Below, piece by piece: positions 18,006 to 30,500 of a DNA stretch of 64,000 nucleotides. Below the pieces are notes generated by a model. The model searched no databases, was not told where the DNA came from, and saw nothing but the letters and a program-made list of their open reading frames with translations. The position numbers and the translations under genes are program-made. Position 1 is the stretch's first letter, and the number at the start of each line of letters is the position of its first letter. Source of the stretch: an uncultured Prevotellaceae bacterium (GTDB lineage Bacteria > Bacteroidota > Bacteroidia > Bacteroidales > Bacteroidaceae); the NCBI GenBank assembly GCA_902795605.1, contig CADBLU010000065.1, forward strand, positions 2,157 to 66,156. The letters run 5' to 3'.

Positions 18006-19505
18006 ATGAACGACAGATTATTTATTTTCGACACAACACTGCGCGATGGTGAGCAAGTGCCAGGCTGCCAGCTCAACACCGTGGAGAAGATTCAAGTGGC
18101 GCGCCAACTCGAGCAGCTTGGCGTGGATGTGATTGAGGCGGGTTTCCCCATCTCGAGTCCCGGAGACTTCAATTCTGTGATAGAGATTTCCAAGGCAGTG
18201 ACCTGGCCCACCATCTGCGCCCTCACGCGTGCGGTGGAGAGAGACATTGACGTGGCGGCAGAATCGCTGAAGTATGCCAAGCGCAAGCGTATACATACAG
18301 GTATCGGCACCAGCGACTCGCATATCAAATACAAGTTCAACTCCACCCGTGAGGAAATCCTCGAACAGGCTGTGGCAGCCGTGAAATATGCCCGCCGTTA
18401 TGTGGAGGACGTGGAGTTCTATGCCGAGGATGCCGGCCGCACCGACAATGAATATCTGGCAAGGGTGATAGAGGCCGTCATCAAGGCCGGAGCCACCGTG
18501 GTGAACATCCCCGACACCACGGGCTATTGCCTTCCTGAAGAATACGGCGCAAAGATCAAATATCTGATGGAGCATGTAGACGGAGTGCACAAGGTCGTCA
18601 TCTCCACCCATTGCCACAATGACCTCGGGATGGCCACGGCTAATACCTTCAGTGGGATTGTCAACGGTGCCCGCCAGGTGGAGGTGACCGTCAATGGCAT
18701 CGGCGAGCGTGCGGGAAACACGTCGCTCGAGGAAATCGCCATGATTCTCAAGTGTCACAAGACGCTGGGCATCGACACTAATATCAATACGACAAAAATA
18801 TATCCCACCAGCAGGATGGTGTCGAGCCTGATGAACATGCCCGTTCAGCCCAACAAAGCCATCGTGGGACGCAATGCCTTTGCCCATTCGAGCGGCATCC
18901 ATCAGGATGGAGTGCTGAAGAATGCGTCGACCTATGAGATTATCGACCCCAAGGACATCGGACTCGAAGACAGTTCCATCGTGCTCACAGCCCGTTCCGG
19001 GCGTGCGGCCCTCAAATACCGCTTGGGTGTATTAGGCGTGAATATCGACGATGACCACCGTATTGACAAGATCTACGAGAAATTCCTGAAACTGGCCGAC
19101 CAGAAGAAAGAGGTCTCCGATGTGGATATCATGATGCTCGCAGGAGCAGATACGGCTGAGGCACACGCTGTGAAACTCGACTACCTGCAAGTGACCACTG
19201 GCATGGGCGTGAGAAGCGTGGCGAGCATCGGTATCGACATCAGCGGTCAGAAGTTTGAGGCCGCCTGCACGGGCAACGGTCCTGTGGATGCCGCCATCAA
19301 CGCCCTGAAGAAAATCATTCTCAAGAAAATGACTCTCAAGGAATTTACCATCCAGGCCATCTCCAAGGGTTCCAATGATGTGGGCAAGGTGCACATGCAG
19401 GTGGAATACAACGGAGGGCTTTATTATGGATTCGGTGCCAATACCGACATCGTCACCGCTTCGGTAGAGGCCTATATCGATTGTATCAACAAATTCAGAA
19501 ACTGA
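18006..19505 (+). CDS. leuA: 2-isopropylmalate synthase
   Basis: [35 protein letters not shown]-terminal regulatory domain. Confidence 0.95.
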   Translation: MNDRLFIFDTTLRDGEQVPGCQLNTVEKIQVARQLEQLGVDVIEAGFPISSPGDFNSVIEISKAVTWPTICALTRAVERDIDVAAESLKYAKRKRIHTGIGTSDSHIKYKFNSTREEILEQAVAAVKYARRYVEDVEFYAEDAGRTDNEYLARVIEAVIKAGATVVNIPDTTGYCLPEEYGAKIKYLMEHVDGVHKVVISTHCHNDLGMATANTFSGIVNGARQVEVTVNGIGERAGNTSLEEIAMILKCHKTLGIDTNINTTKIYPTSRMVSSLMNMPVQPNKAIVGRNAFAHSSGIHQDGVLKNASTYEIIDPKDIGLEDSSIVLTARSGRAALKYRLGVLGVNIDDDHRIDKIYEKFLKLADQKKEVSDVDIMMLAGADTAEAHAVKLDYLQVTTGMGVRSVASIGIDISGQKFEAACTGNGPVDAAINALKKIILKKMTLKEFTIQAISKGSNDVGKVHMQVEYNGGLYYGFGANTDIVTASVEAYIDCINKFRN

Positions 19506-19509
19506 GAAT

Positions 19510-20904
19510 ATGAACACACTTTTTGACAAAATATGGGACAGGCATGTGGTGCAACTCATCGACGACGGACCCACTCAGTTGTATATCGACCGCTTGTATT
19601 GCCATGAGGTGACCTCGCCGCAGGCCTTCGACGGAATGAGGGCACGGGGGCTGAAGTGCTTCCGGCCGGGACAGATTTTCTGTATGCCCGACCACAACAC
19701 GCCGACACACGACCAGGACAAACCCATCGACGACCCGGTGTCGAAGACGCAGGTCGACGCGCTGGAGCGCAATTGCCGTGAGTTTGGCCTGACACACTAC
19801 GGGATGATGTCGCCCGACAATGGCATCATCCATGTCGTGGGACCGGAGAAAGGCCTCTCGCTGCCGGGGATGACCATCGTCTGCGGCGACTCCCACACCT
19901 CCACGCACGGGGCAATGGGGGCGGTGGCCTTCGGCATCGGCACCTCAGAAGTGGAGATGGTGCTTGCCTCGCAGTGTATCCTTCAGCAGAAGCCCAAGTC
20001 GATGCGTATCAGCATCAACGGCCGTCTTGACCGCGGAGTGACTCCTAAGGACGTGGCGCTCTTCCTCATGGCGAAACTCACTACCTCCGGTGGCACCGGC
20101 TATTTCATCGAGTATGCCGGAGATGTGGTGAGCGACATGTCGATGGAGGGCAGGCTCACCCTCTGCAACCTGAGCATTGAGATGGGGGCCAGAGGAGGAT
20201 TCGTGGCTCCCGACGAGACCACTTTCGCCTATCTCAAAGGGCGTGAATACTCGCCAAAGGGAGAGGAGTGGGAGAAGGCCGTCGCCTATTGGAAGACCCT
20301 TCGCAGCGGTGACGATGCCGTCTTCAACCGCGAACTGACGTTCGACGCATCCGAGATAGAGCCCCGGATCACCTATGGCACCAATCCCGGCATGGGAATA
20401 GGCGTCACACAGCGCATCCCCCTTGCCGAAGAGATAGAGGAGGGGAGCAGGGCCTCTTTCAAGAAGGCTTTGCGATACATGGGTTTTGAGGAAGGAGAGT
20501 GCCTGCTGGGGCATCCTGTCGACTATGTGTTCCTCGGCGCCTGCACCAACGGCCGTATCGAGGACTTCCGGGCCTTTGCCTCCATCGTCAAGGGAAAGCA
20601 GAAGGCCGACGGCGTCGTCGCATGGCTTGTGCCGGGCAGTTGGGCAGTGCACCGCCAGATCCATGAAGAGGGGCTCGACGAGGTGCTGTCAGCTGCCGGT
20701 TTCGAGATCCGTCAGCCCGGTTGCTCTGCCTGTCTGGCGATGAACGACGACAAGGTCCCCGCCGGTAAATATTGCATCTCGACAAGCAACCGAAATTTTG
20801 AGGGACGCCAGGGACCCGGTGCCCGCACGTTGCTGGCCAGTCCGCTGATGGCTGCTGCCGCGGCGGTGACAGGTGTGGTGACCGATCCCCGCCAACTGAT
20901 GTGA
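19510..20904 (+). CDS. leuC: 3-isopropylmalate dehydratase large subunit
   Basis: [46 protein letters not shown]. Confidence 0.96.
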   Translation: MNTLFDKIWDRHVVQLIDDGPTQLYIDRLYCHEVTSPQAFDGMRARGLKCFRPGQIFCMPDHNTPTHDQDKPIDDPVSKTQVDALERNCREFGLTHYGMMSPDNGIIHVVGPEKGLSLPGMTIVCGDSHTSTHGAMGAVAFGIGTSEVEMVLASQCILQQKPKSMRISINGRLDRGVTPKDVALFLMAKLTTSGGTGYFIEYAGDVVSDMSMEGRLTLCNLSIEMGARGGFVAPDETTFAYLKGREYSPKGEEWEKAVAYWKTLRSGDDAVFNRELTFDASEIEPRITYGTNPGMGIGVTQRIPLAEEIEEGSRASFKKALRYMGFEEGECLLGHPVDYVFLGACTNGRIEDFRAFASIVKGKQKADGVVAWLVPGSWAVHRQIHEEGLDEVLSAAGFEIRQPGCSACLAMNDDKVPAGKYCISTSNRNFEGRQGPGARTLLASPLMAAAAAVTGVVTDPRQLM

Positions 20905-20982
20905 CAATGTCTGCCGTCCAACTGCCAGATGGCTTTATATCTGAGTATGGGCGAAAGCGAAAACAAAAAACAGGAAAGTAAG

Positions 20983-21573
20983 ATGAAACAGAAATTCAAT
21001 ATTATCACAAGCACCTGTGTCCCTCTGCCTCTGGAGAATGTGGATACAGACCAGATTATCCCGGCGCGCTTCCTCAAAGCCACCGACAAGTCGGGATTTG
21101 GCGACAATCTCTTCCGTGACTGGAGATATGACGCCGACGGCAACCCTCGTAAGGATTTCGTGCTCAACGACCCCACCTACAGCGGATGTATCCTCGTGGC
21201 AGGCAGGAACTTCGGTTCTGGTTCCTCGCGCGAGCATGCCGCGTGGGCCATCGCCGGCTATGGCTTCAGGGTGGTCATCAGTTCGTTTTTTGCCGACATT
21301 CACAAGAACAACGAGCTCAACAATTTCGTCTTGCCAGTGGTGGTGTCGGAAGCCTTCCTCGCCGAACTCTTCAAGACGATTGCCGATGACCCGAAGATGC
21401 AGGTGGAGGTGGACTTGCCCCGTCAGAAAGTGACCAATCTGTCTACCGGCCACAGCGAGACATTTGAAATCAACGGCTATAAGAAGCACTGCCTGATGCA
21501 AGGTCTCGACGACATCGACTTTTTGTTGCAGAACAAAGAAAAAATAGAAGCATGGGAACGTCAGAACCGTTGA
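20983..21573 (+). CDS. leuD: 3-isopropylmalate dehydratase small subunit
   Basis: NVDTDQIIP, NFGSGSSREHA. Confidence 0.95.
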   Translation: MKQKFNIITSTCVPLPLENVDTDQIIPARFLKATDKSGFGDNLFRDWRYDADGNPRKDFVLNDPTYSGCILVAGRNFGSGSSREHAAWAIAGYGFRVVISSFFADIHKNNELNNFVLPVVVSEAFLAELFKTIADDPKMQVEVDLPRQKVTNLSTGHSETFEINGYKKHCLMQGLDDIDFLLQNKEKIEAWERQNR

Positions 21574-23117
21574 ACACGCGGCCCCAGACTCATCCGTTCA
21601 TCGAAATCATGGACAGTACGCTGCGCGATGGCGAACAGACCAGCGGCGTCTCTTTCCTGCCCCATGAGAAACTGATGATCGCCAGGATGCTGATGAAGGA
21701 CATCAATGTCGACCGTCTGGAGGTGGCCTCGGCCAGAGTGTCCGACGGAGAGAAAGATGCCGTGAAGATGATCTGCCGCTATGCCGAGAGTGTGGGGATG
21801 CTCGACAAGGTGGAGGTGCTGGGTTTCGTCGACGGACATCTGTCGCTCGACTGGATCCACGACTGCGGATGCCGGCATATCAACCTCTTGGCCAAAGGAT
21901 CGTTGAGGCACTGTCGGCAGCAACTCGGTAAGACGCCCGACGAGCATATCTCCGACATCCTGAGGTCGTTGGAGTATGCCGAAAAGTTGGGCATAGGAGT
22001 CAACCTCTATCTGGAGGACTGGAGCAGTGGTATGTCGGATTCGCCCGACTATATCTACCATATCATGGAGTCGATGGTGCAGACGCCAGTGAAGCGTTTT
22101 ATGCTGCCCGACACACTCGGCATCACCAACCCGCTGCAAGTGATTGATTTCTTCCGGAAAATGCGCCGGCGATATCCTGACCTGCATTTTGACTTTCATG
22201 CACACAACGACTATGACCTGGCCGTCTCCAACTCTTTGGCGGCTGTGCTCTGCGGCGCCAAAGGACTCCATGTCACTGTCAACGGCTTGGGCGAGCGGTG
22301 CGGCAACGCGCCGTTGGCCAGTGTGCAGGTGATCTTGCGCGACCAGTTTGAGGCGCGCACGAGCATCCACGAAGACAAACTCAACGACATCAGCCGGCTG
22401 GTGGAAGAGTATAGCGGCATCGCCGTGGCGCCCAACCAGCCCATCGTGGGCGACAGCGTGTTCACTCAGGTGGCTGGCGTGCATGCCGACGGCGACAACA
22501 AAGACAACCTCTACTGCAACCCGCTCGTGCCAGAGCGGTTCGGGCGCAGCCGTGAGTATGCGCTTGGAAAGACCAGTGGCAAGGCCAACATCGCCCTCAA
22601 CCTGCAGATGCTCGGGTTGGAACTCACGCCAGAGCAGATGGCGAAGGTGACGCAACGCATCACCGAACTCGGCGACAGGAAGGAGATTGTGACACAGGAT
22701 GACCTGCCATATATCGTCAACGATGTGCTCAAGCATACCACCCCAGAGGACAAGGTGAAACTCATCAGTTACATGGTGACGTCTACCTATGGCCTGAAGC
22801 CGATAGCCAGCATCAAGGTGGAAATCAACGGCAAGCAGTATGCCGCAGAGTCGACGGGCGACGGTCAGTATGACGCCTTTGTGAAGGCGCTGCGGAAAAT
22901 CTACAAGACCTATCTTGACCGCACTTTCCCCATTCTTGCCAACTATGCGGTGACGATACCACCGGGAGGACGCACCGACGCCCTTGTGCAGACGGTCATC
23001 ACATGGCGCAACGGCGGAAAGATCATCCGCACCCGCGGACTGGATGCCGACCAGACGGAAGCGGCCATCAAGGCGACGCTGCGCATGCTCAACATCTTCG
23101 AGGAGAGTGAGCGGTGA
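21552..23117 (+). CDS. cimA: LeuA paralogue, probable citramalate synthase
   Basis: MDSTLRDGEQ, LEDWS, HAHNDY, NGLGERCGN, AGVHADG; second DRE-TIM enzyme, between leuD and leuB as in Bacteroides. Confidence 0.8.
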   Translation: MGTSEPLNTRPQTHPFIEIMDSTLRDGEQTSGVSFLPHEKLMIARMLMKDINVDRLEVASARVSDGEKDAVKMICRYAESVGMLDKVEVLGFVDGHLSLDWIHDCGCRHINLLAKGSLRHCRQQLGKTPDEHISDILRSLEYAEKLGIGVNLYLEDWSSGMSDSPDYIYHIMESMVQTPVKRFMLPDTLGITNPLQVIDFFRKMRRRYPDLHFDFHAHNDYDLAVSNSLAAVLCGAKGLHVTVNGLGERCGNAPLASVQVILRDQFEARTSIHEDKLNDISRLVEEYSGIAVAPNQPIVGDSVFTQVAGVHADGDNKDNLYCNPLVPERFGRSREYALGKTSGKANIALNLQMLGLELTPEQMAKVTQRITELGDRKEIVTQDDLPYIVNDVLKHTTPEDKVKLISYMVTSTYGLKPIASIKVEINGKQYAAESTGDGQYDAFVKALRKIYKTYLDRTFPILANYAVTIPPGGRTDALVQTVITWRNGGKIIRTRGLDADQTEAAIKATLRMLNIFEESER

Positions 23118-23144
23118 AAAAAGAAACCTTCAAAAAAGAACGAT

Positions 23145-24206
23145 ATGAAACTAAGAATTGCCGTTCTCTCTGGCGACGGTATAGGTCCAGAGATCATGAT
23201 TCAAGGCGTGGCTGTCATGGATGCCATCGCAGAGAAATTCGGACATGAGGTGGAATATAAAGAGGCCATCTGCGGTGCACATGCCATCGATGAGGTAGGC
23301 GACCCCTTCCCCGAGGAGACTTTCCGCATCTGCCAGGAGGCCGATGCCGTGCTCTTCGCGTCGGTCGGCGACCCACGGTTTGACAACGACCCCACCGCAA
23401 AGGTGCGCCCCGAGCAGGGCCTGCTCGCCATGCGCAAGAAACTGGGCCTTTTCGCCAATATCCGTCCTGTTCAGACATTCCCGTGCCTGATTCATAAAAG
23501 TCCGCTCCGCGCCGAACTGGTGGAAGGCGCCGACTTCGTGTGTATCCGTGAGTTGACCGGCGGCATGTATTTCGGAGAGAAATACCAGGACAACGACAAA
23601 GCCTACGACACCAACTATTACACCCGGCCTGAGATAGAGCGTATCCTCAAGGTGGGCTTCGACTATGCCCGCAAGCGCCATCATCACCTCACGGTGGTAG
23701 ACAAGGCCAATGTGTTGGCATCCAGCAGACTGTGGCGCCAGATAGCCAAGGAGATGGAGCCCTCATACCCCGATGTGAAGGTGGACTATATGTTTGTGGA
23801 CAATGCCTCTATGCGGATGATCGCCGAGCCCACGTTCTTCGATGTCATCGTCACGGAGAATACGTTTGGAGATATCCTGACAGATGAAGGCAGTTGCATC
23901 TCAGGGTCGATGGGCCTGCTGCCCTCAGCGTCCATCGGCGAGTCGACACCCGTTTTCGAACCGGTGCATGGCTCATGGCCTCAGGCCACCGGACTCAACA
24001 TCGCCAATCCGCTTGCCCAGATTCTTTCCGTGGCCATGATGCTTGAGCATTTCGGTCTCAAGGAAGAAGGACAGATGGTGCGTGAAGCCGTGGATGCCAG
24101 TCTCGACGCAGAGGTGCGCACACCGGAGATTCAGGTGGACGGCGGTGGCAAATACGGCACCAAAGAAGTGGGCGCATGGATTGTGGAATGGATACGGAAC
24201 CGATGA
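23145..24206 (+). CDS. leuB: 3-isopropylmalate dehydrogenase
   Basis: [35 protein letters not shown]. Confidence 0.96.
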   Translation: MKLRIAVLSGDGIGPEIMIQGVAVMDAIAEKFGHEVEYKEAICGAHAIDEVGDPFPEETFRICQEADAVLFASVGDPRFDNDPTAKVRPEQGLLAMRKKLGLFANIRPVQTFPCLIHKSPLRAELVEGADFVCIRELTGGMYFGEKYQDNDKAYDTNYYTRPEIERILKVGFDYARKRHHHLTVVDKANVLASSRLWRQIAKEMEPSYPDVKVDYMFVDNASMRMIAEPTFFDVIVTENTFGDILTDEGSCISGSMGLLPSASIGESTPVFEPVHGSWPQATGLNIANPLAQILSVAMMLEHFGLKEEGQMVREAVDASLDAEVRTPEIQVDGGGKYGTKEVGAWIVEWIRNR

Positions 24207-24886
24207 GGAGACTGATTGGCAGATTGTTTCTTCTGGTCATGGCCCTTGCCGTGTCGCCGGGCGCCATGTCGCAGTCGTATGAGGCATTGCGCGACTCTCT
24301 CGAGGCCGCTACGGCCATGGTGAAGAAGTTTCCCGACAACACCGACCTGAGATTGCGCAAGGCCTCTTGGAATATGCTCTTGGAGCAGTGGGATTATGCG
24401 CAGGCAGAGTATGACTTCATCCTCTCGCGTAATCCCCGTCAGGTGGCTGCGCTCTACTACCGTGCCTATACCTACGAGAAACAGCATAAGTATAAGCATG
24501 CGCGCGGCGACTATGAGGCGATGCTGAAGGTTGTGCCGGGCAATTTCAACGGTCAGTTGGGATTGGCGCTGCTCAACCAGAAAGATATGCACTACACCGA
24601 GGCGATGGATATGATCAACCGGCTCGTGGAGCAATACCCCGACAGTGCGGTGGCCTATGCCGCACGGGCAGGGATGGAGGCTGAGCGGGGACTGCTCGAA
24701 CTGGCCGAATACGACTTCACGGAGGCCATCAGGCTTGACCCCGTGTCGACCGACTATCTCATCAGCCGTGCCGACATCCGTCTGCGGAAGGGAGACAAGC
24801 GAAAGGCGAAGGAAGACCTCGATAACGCAGTGAAGGCGGGAGTGCCCCGCCCTTCACTGTCAGAATTCTACGCGCGCTGCCGATAG
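24203..24886 (+). CDS. Exported TPR-repeat protein
   Basis: Signal peptide plus TPR-like helices ([17 protein letters not shown]); ATGA overlap with the leuB stop. Confidence 0.8.
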   Translation: MRRLIGRLFLLVMALAVSPGAMSQSYEALRDSLEAATAMVKKFPDNTDLRLRKASWNMLLEQWDYAQAEYDFILSRNPRQVAALYYRAYTYEKQHKYKHARGDYEAMLKVVPGNFNGQLGLALLNQKDMHYTEAMDMINRLVEQYPDSAVAYAARAGMEAERGLLELAEYDFTEAIRLDPVSTDYLISRADIRLRKGDKRKAKEDLDNAVKAGVPRPSLSEFYARCR

Positions 24887-24920
24887 CCATTGTGCGTCGC
24901 CAGCAGTCGTATTGAGTGTG

Positions 24921-24946
24921 GCCGGCAGTCATTGTGTACTGCCGGC
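24921..24946. terminator. Hairpin at the convergent TPR/nudC ends
   Basis: GCCGGCAGT-8 nt-ACTGCCGGC followed by tttcttt. Confidence 0.6.
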
Positions 24947-25726
24947 TTTCTTTGTTGTCAGCCAGTGGTCTATCAGTTTTCGGGCGATAGACAGTTTCTC
25001 GGGGATGGGTGGCAGGTCGTCGTATCTGAACCATCCGCCTTTGGAGAGTTCTGAGCGTTGCAGATGGATTTCGCCGCCGGCATAGTCGGCGATGAAGCCC
25101 ACCATCAGTCCGCAAGGATACGGCCACGGCTGACTGCCGAAATAGCGGATATTGCGGATGCTGATGCCCGTCTCCTCTTTTGCCTCCCTTGCCACCGCTT
25201 CCTCCAGTGTCTCGCCCGTCTCCACGAATCCTGCCACCAGCCCGAAGAAATCGCGCTTGAAGTTGCGGGCATGCACAAGGAGCACCTCGTCGCCCTTCTG
25301 TATGAGGCAGATGACGGCGGTGGCCAGTTGGGGCCATACCTCTTTGCCGCAGTGGTCGCATCGCTTGGATATCTCGGTATGCATGTGCATGACCCCTCCG
25401 CAAACCCCGCAATATTTCGTCGTGCTGTCCCAATAGAGGATTTCCGCGCATTTGCCTGCCTTGAGATAGAGGTCTTCGGAGAGCAGTTGGTAGCTGCTTC
25501 TCAGGCCCATCATCTCATACTGAGGATGCCCGACCACAGGATAGTCGATGGCGAACGTATGCACTGTCTGTCCGTCGGGCATGGTGAGCTGATGCACTTT
25601 GGTCCAAGGCTTGAGGGGCAGGGGCGCCTCTTCCATATAGGGTATCGTGGCGCCCTCTTCAGTGCGCTGAATCATGAGGTCGCTCTTGCAGAAGACGAAC
25701 CAATAGGTCTTTTCATTTGTCTGCAT
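24929..25726 (-). CDS. nudC: NAD(+)/NADH diphosphatase
   Basis: Zn ribbon CGVC...CDHC, Nudix box GFVETGETLEEAVARE.KEETG, SQPWP. Confidence 0.92.
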   Translation of the reverse strand: MQTNEKTYWFVFCKSDLMIQRTEEGATIPYMEEAPLPLKPWTKVHQLTMPDGQTVHTFAIDYPVVGHPQYEMMGLRSSYQLLSEDLYLKAGKCAEILYWDSTTKYCGVCGGVMHMHTEISKRCDHCGKEVWPQLATAVICLIQKGDEVLLVHARNFKRDFFGLVAGFVETGETLEEAVAREAKEETGISIRNIRYFGSQPWPYPCGLMVGFIADYAGGEIHLQRSELSKGGWFRYDDLPPIPEKLSIARKLIDHWLTTKKAGSTQ

Positions 25727-25765
25727 ATAGGATGAAGCTCGCTGGTGATGATTAGCTGAGGCTGA

Positions 25766-27505
25766 CTATTTGCCGAAGATCAAGGCCTTGTCGCGTGCGA
25801 TGGCGGGGACGGTCCATTCCGTGGGCACGAAGCGCCAGTTGTTGGCAGGTTGTGGATTGAGTTTCCCTGCCTCCTCTATTTCGAGCATGAGATAATGGCG
25901 CAGGTCTCTCTCGGTCTGGTAGATGATGCGCGACTTGAGTTCATCCTTGGGGATGCCGGCGCCCTTGGTGAGCAGTTCGCCGCCGCCGTTGCCACGATAG
26001 CTGTTGATGGCCACTTTATACCATTTGCTCTCATCGAAAGGCTCGCCGTTGCTCATCCTGAGGATGTGCACCTTTTCACCGTCGGGTTTGGTCACGTCCA
26101 CTTCGTAGTCGATGCCCATGGCGCTGTCGAAGTTGAAGGCAAGGTTCTTGAACATGAACCTTTGCTTGTCGTCTGTGCCGCTTTGGTCGAGGAGCATGAT
26201 ATGGTCATCGGGCGTCTTCATGGTGTTCACCCAGAGGTCATAGCTCATCTCAAGGTGCTTCCTGATCTCTTCTCCTGTCAGTCGCATGACATAGAGTTGG
26301 TTCTCGTAACGGTAGAGGTTGAACATGTCGCTCACGTAGACAGGGCCTGCGTTGATGGTCGCATTGAATGAGACGGGAGCGCAGAACGAGATGTCGGCGC
26401 CGGTGATGCGCAGTTGCAGTTGCTGAATGAAGTCGTTGAAGGCGGAATTGCCGAAATAGGAGTCTCTGGAGTAAATGGCGTTTTCAAACTCGCCAATCTT
26501 GCGGTTGACAAATGCCGTCACGCTGTCGACGGCGCTCTGGAAATGCGCGGTGTACTGCTCGTCGATGTCAAGGTCTTCCATGCTCACGAGTTGGCCGCTC
26601 ACTTTTTTGCTGAGGACCTTTCCTCGCTTGCCGATTTTCAGTTCCACGGTGGCCTCGGCCACGAGGAGGGCGTTGGACGAAGGGTCGAGGCACACCACGT
26701 CTTGTCCCAGTGTGTTCTTCACCACTCCGTCATGCTTAGTATGGTCGTGTCCGAACATGACGATGTCGAATCCGGGCACTTCCTCGGCAATCCTCATCGA
26801 CGCGTCCTCTTCATATTCGTCGGTGACGATGCCGCCCGACTTGCCCGAGTGGAACAGTCCCACGAGCACGTCGGGATGCTCTTTCTTCTGGATATAGTCT
26901 ACCCAGTATCTGGCGCTTTTCACCATTTCGTCGAACCTCAAGCCGCTCCATATCTCCTCGCGCAGCCAATTGGGGATGGCGGGGGTTAGCAGTCCAAGGA
27001 CGGCCACTTTCACCCCTTCTCTGGTGACGACGGTGTAGGGTTTCACATAGCACTGTCCTGTCTTGGTGTCGATGATGTTCGCTCCCAGGACAGGACATTT
27101 CACTTCCTTGATCCACTTGTCGTAGACCTCATGCCCCGTCTCTATATCATGGTTGCCCACTGTCTGTGCGTCATAGCCGAGGTAGTTGATGACGTCGGCC
27201 GCGATGTTGGTGAGCCCGGTGTTGATGAAGTTGTAATAATAGCAGGTGGGCTGCCCTTGCAGGATGTCGCCGTTGTCGAGCAGGATGACATTTCCGTGAA
27301 GGTCTTTTCTCTGCTTTGCCACATAGGTGGCCACTCTTGCCATAGTGCCTCTGAGAGGCCTCCTCGTGATGAAGTCTGAAGGAAAGAAATGGCCGTGCAC
27401 ATCACTTGTCTCAATGATTTTGAGGGTGACGGTCTTTTCTTTTGCGATGGTTGGTGTCATTGTGGTAATGAGGGCCGCAAAGGCCATGATTAGTGTTTTT
27501 TTCAT
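25766..27505 (-). CDS. Bifunctional metallophosphatase/5'-nucleotidase (CpdB-like), exported
   Basis: Signal peptide; TSDVHG, DNGDILQG, GNHD, GHDH, YRGNGGG. Confidence 0.9.
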   Translation of the reverse strand: MKKTLIMAFAALITTMTPTIAKEKTVTLKIIETSDVHGHFFPSDFITRRPLRGTMARVATYVAKQRKDLHGNVILLDNGDILQGQPTCYYYNFINTGLTNIAADVINYLGYDAQTVGNHDIETGHEVYDKWIKEVKCPVLGANIIDTKTGQCYVKPYTVVTREGVKVAVLGLLTPAIPNWLREEIWSGLRFDEMVKSARYWVDYIQKKEHPDVLVGLFHSGKSGGIVTDEYEEDASMRIAEEVPGFDIVMFGHDHTKHDGVVKNTLGQDVVCLDPSSNALLVAEATVELKIGKRGKVLSKKVSGQLVSMEDLDIDEQYTAHFQSAVDSVTAFVNRKIGEFENAIYSRDSYFGNSAFNDFIQQLQLRITGADISFCAPVSFNATINAGPVYVSDMFNLYRYENQLYVMRLTGEEIRKHLEMSYDLWVNTMKTPDDHIMLLDQSGTDDKQRFMFKNLAFNFDSAMGIDYEVDVTKPDGEKVHILRMSNGEPFDESKWYKVAINSYRGNGGGELLTKGAGIPKDELKSRIIYQTERDLRHYLMLEIEEAGKLNPQPANNWRFVPTEWTVPAIARDKALIFGK

Positions 27506-30500
27506 TTTTGTATGATCGTTTTTTCTTTCTTTCTTCTTCCCACGAGCTCACGCCATCCGTTGAAGTCTTTCTTCATGATCAGGCCCACCCCTTGGGTGTT
27601 GAGGCTGTTCTTGATGAAATAGCGGTCATTGGTCTGGTTGTAGACTTTGACGGCCAGGTTGCCATTGGGGTAGAGTAGGTACTGGATGTCGAAGTCGCCG
27701 ATGAAACTGGTGGTGGCATTGGGATTGTCGCGGTAGCCGAACTCACCGTTGATGAGGAGCCTGTTGTCGAGGAGTCTTCCGCTGAGCAGTCCCTCATATT
27801 CGGCATTGTTGAAACCCTCGTTGCCAGTGGAGATGTTGGCTCCGAAGTTCCAGTTGTTGTTCTTGATGAGTCCGCTGAGCACGTTGTTGATCTGCTGGCT
27901 GATGGTGCCGCTGAGCAGACTCTGCATGGCGAGGCTTGTCTGGCTCTGTCCGTCCTCGCTGATGGCGTTGGCGTTCTGGTTGTAGAATTTTCCGATGGCC
28001 AGCAGGTAGATGACTTGCTGGTTGAGTTCTTCCTCGCTGTTGATGATGCTTCTCACCATCTGCTGTGCATCAGCGTTGACAGTGGGCATCTCCAGGTCGA
28101 AGTCGACGGCCGGCTGGTTGGGCGTGCCGGTGATGTTCATGATACAGTTGACGCGTATGTTGTTGGTGAAACTCTGTCCGATGTTGAGGTCGGAGAGCGA
28201 CACGCCGTTGACCGCATATTGTGCCTTCAGGTCGAGAGCGGCATCGTAGGGGTTGCCTCCGAAGACGATGGTGCCTCCTCTCTGGAACTGGAAGTCTTTC
28301 TTGATGATGTTCTGTATGGTGAGTTTGTAGATGCCGTGGTCGACGAGATAGTTGCCAAACAGGTTGAAGGCCCCTTTGTTGAAGTAGGAGGCTCTCAGTG
28401 CTCCGCTTCCGTGCAGTTCGATGAAGTCGCCGCTTTCAGTATCCATGAGCAGTCTGAGGGCGGCGTCGGGAGTGGCGTTGATGTTGAAGTTCATTCTCAG
28501 GTTGGAGGGAATGTCATAGTCGTCTTCCTCTGTCTCGTCGGTGTCGTCGGCGACCAGCGGTGCCGACTTACTGGCCGAGGGCAGGTAGGAATAGTCGATG
28601 GCTTCGGGAGTGATGTCGTTCCACTGGATGAAATCCTGTCTGCTGAGAATCTCTGGGCTGGCGGCATTATAATAGAAGACGGTGTTTTTCTGTGGGGTGG
28701 CATCCACGTCAATGGACACTTCTCCGCTTACACCCTTGATGTGGCAGTCGCCGGTGGCGTAGACCGTCCCGCAGAAAGTGTCGTCGCCGAACTCCTTGAA
28801 ATCATAGGCAAGGAGGTTGTCGGCTTGGATGTCGAGGTCGAAAGTGAAATTGCCCAGGTGCCGGTGGTCGACGCTGCCGTTGACAATCGCCCTGTGTCCT
28901 TCTCTGTCGTAGATGCTGTCGGCGTCGAAGATGATATGGTCGGGGATGAGGGTGACGGTGTCGTTGCGCATGGTGTAGACGGTGTTGAGGCTTGACAGGC
29001 TGATATCTCCGTTGCCTACGACCTTTCCCTCCATGTTGATATTGCTGAGAGGTCCGAAGATGCGTACGTTTCCGTCGACGCGGGCTGCGATGTCGTCCAT
29101 GAAACTACCGCAGAACCGCTTGAGGAAAAGCAGCGGTGTGCCCTGGGCTTGGATGTCGATATTGAGTTCTCCCGGCGAGAGAGCCACAAATCCGTCGATG
29201 TCGGTCTTGCCTTGGTCGCCGTCGAGGGCGATGCCGTTGAACTCAATCTTGTTGGCCTGTTTCTCCCATGACGCATTGAGCCGCATGTCGCCGAGGCGCC
29301 CGTCGACGAACTGGAAGTTGTCGATGTATAGGTCGGCCTTGGCCGAAGGAGAGTCGTGAAAAGAGGCGAGGAAGGCGTTGCCGGTGATTCTCCCGCCGAA
29401 ATCGACGCCTCTGACATGGAGGATGCTCGAGAGGAACGAGGCGTCGAGTTGGTTGAGGTCTACGTGGATGGTGTCGTTGGGATTGTCGGTGAGCGACCCT
29501 GCGATGATGATGTGCTGGTCGCCGTTTTTGATGGTGAAGTCGTCGATGATGATATGTCCTTTGGCCAGTTGCAGGTCGGAGGGCTCCACGTCCCACGGCA
29601 TGTTGTTGACGAAGATTTGCGAGTGGTTCATCCTCACATGGGCGGTCTTCCTGCTCAGTGCGTCGAGGTAGAAATCGGTGGTGGCAGAGAGGTCGCCCTT
29701 GAGCGACTGCTTCCTGCCGTGGTTGTTGAATTTGAGGTTGGTGGTCAGTTCGTTGCCGGAAGCGGTGGAGGTGAGCGAGAGGTCGAATCTCTTTCCGTCG
29801 TCCTGCATCTTCACCAGACTGGCGTTAGTGTGTATGGTATCCCGCAGGGTGGTCACCTGGATGTCGATGTCCCTGTAGTCGCCGTCGTTGTATTCCACGC
29901 TTGGCGCGAAACAGGTCAGGTCGATGGTCTCCTTATCGTCGTCGACATGCCCGCTGATGTGGAGGGGAGAGTTGATGTTGATGTTGAGGTCTGTCAGTTG
30001 GTGTAGCCAGTCGCTGCGGTCGATGTCGGCGGTGAAACTGTAGTTGTTATGGCCTTTGTGGAGATTTCGCGAGAGGATGGGCAGGGTAGGGAGTTTGCTG
30101 CTGATGATACTCAGGATGCCGTCGGGGATATGCTCAATGTCGTATTGTCCGTCAAGTCTTACCTCGCCGAAGTCACTTTGCAGAATGACATGCTTCTCGG
30201 CCGATTGGTTGTCGGCGTCGATATGGAGCTCACTCAGGTGATAGCTCTTGCCGGGAGCCTGAAGGGAGAACTGCTGTATGTCTACAATTCCTTTGAGGTC
30301 TTTCAGGTTGCTGCCGGCCACATCGGTGCTGAGGTCGAAGTCGAAGACGTGGCCGGGCAGTTGGCTCGTCAGTCCTAAGGCTTCAGGGTTGAAGTGGCGT
30401 GCGCTGGCTTTCAGTTTGGCGGAAGGCGATGCGGCTGAGAGATTGAACTGTCCGTCGAGATTGAGTTGTCCTAAAGCATCGTCGATGCCGATGATGCCTT

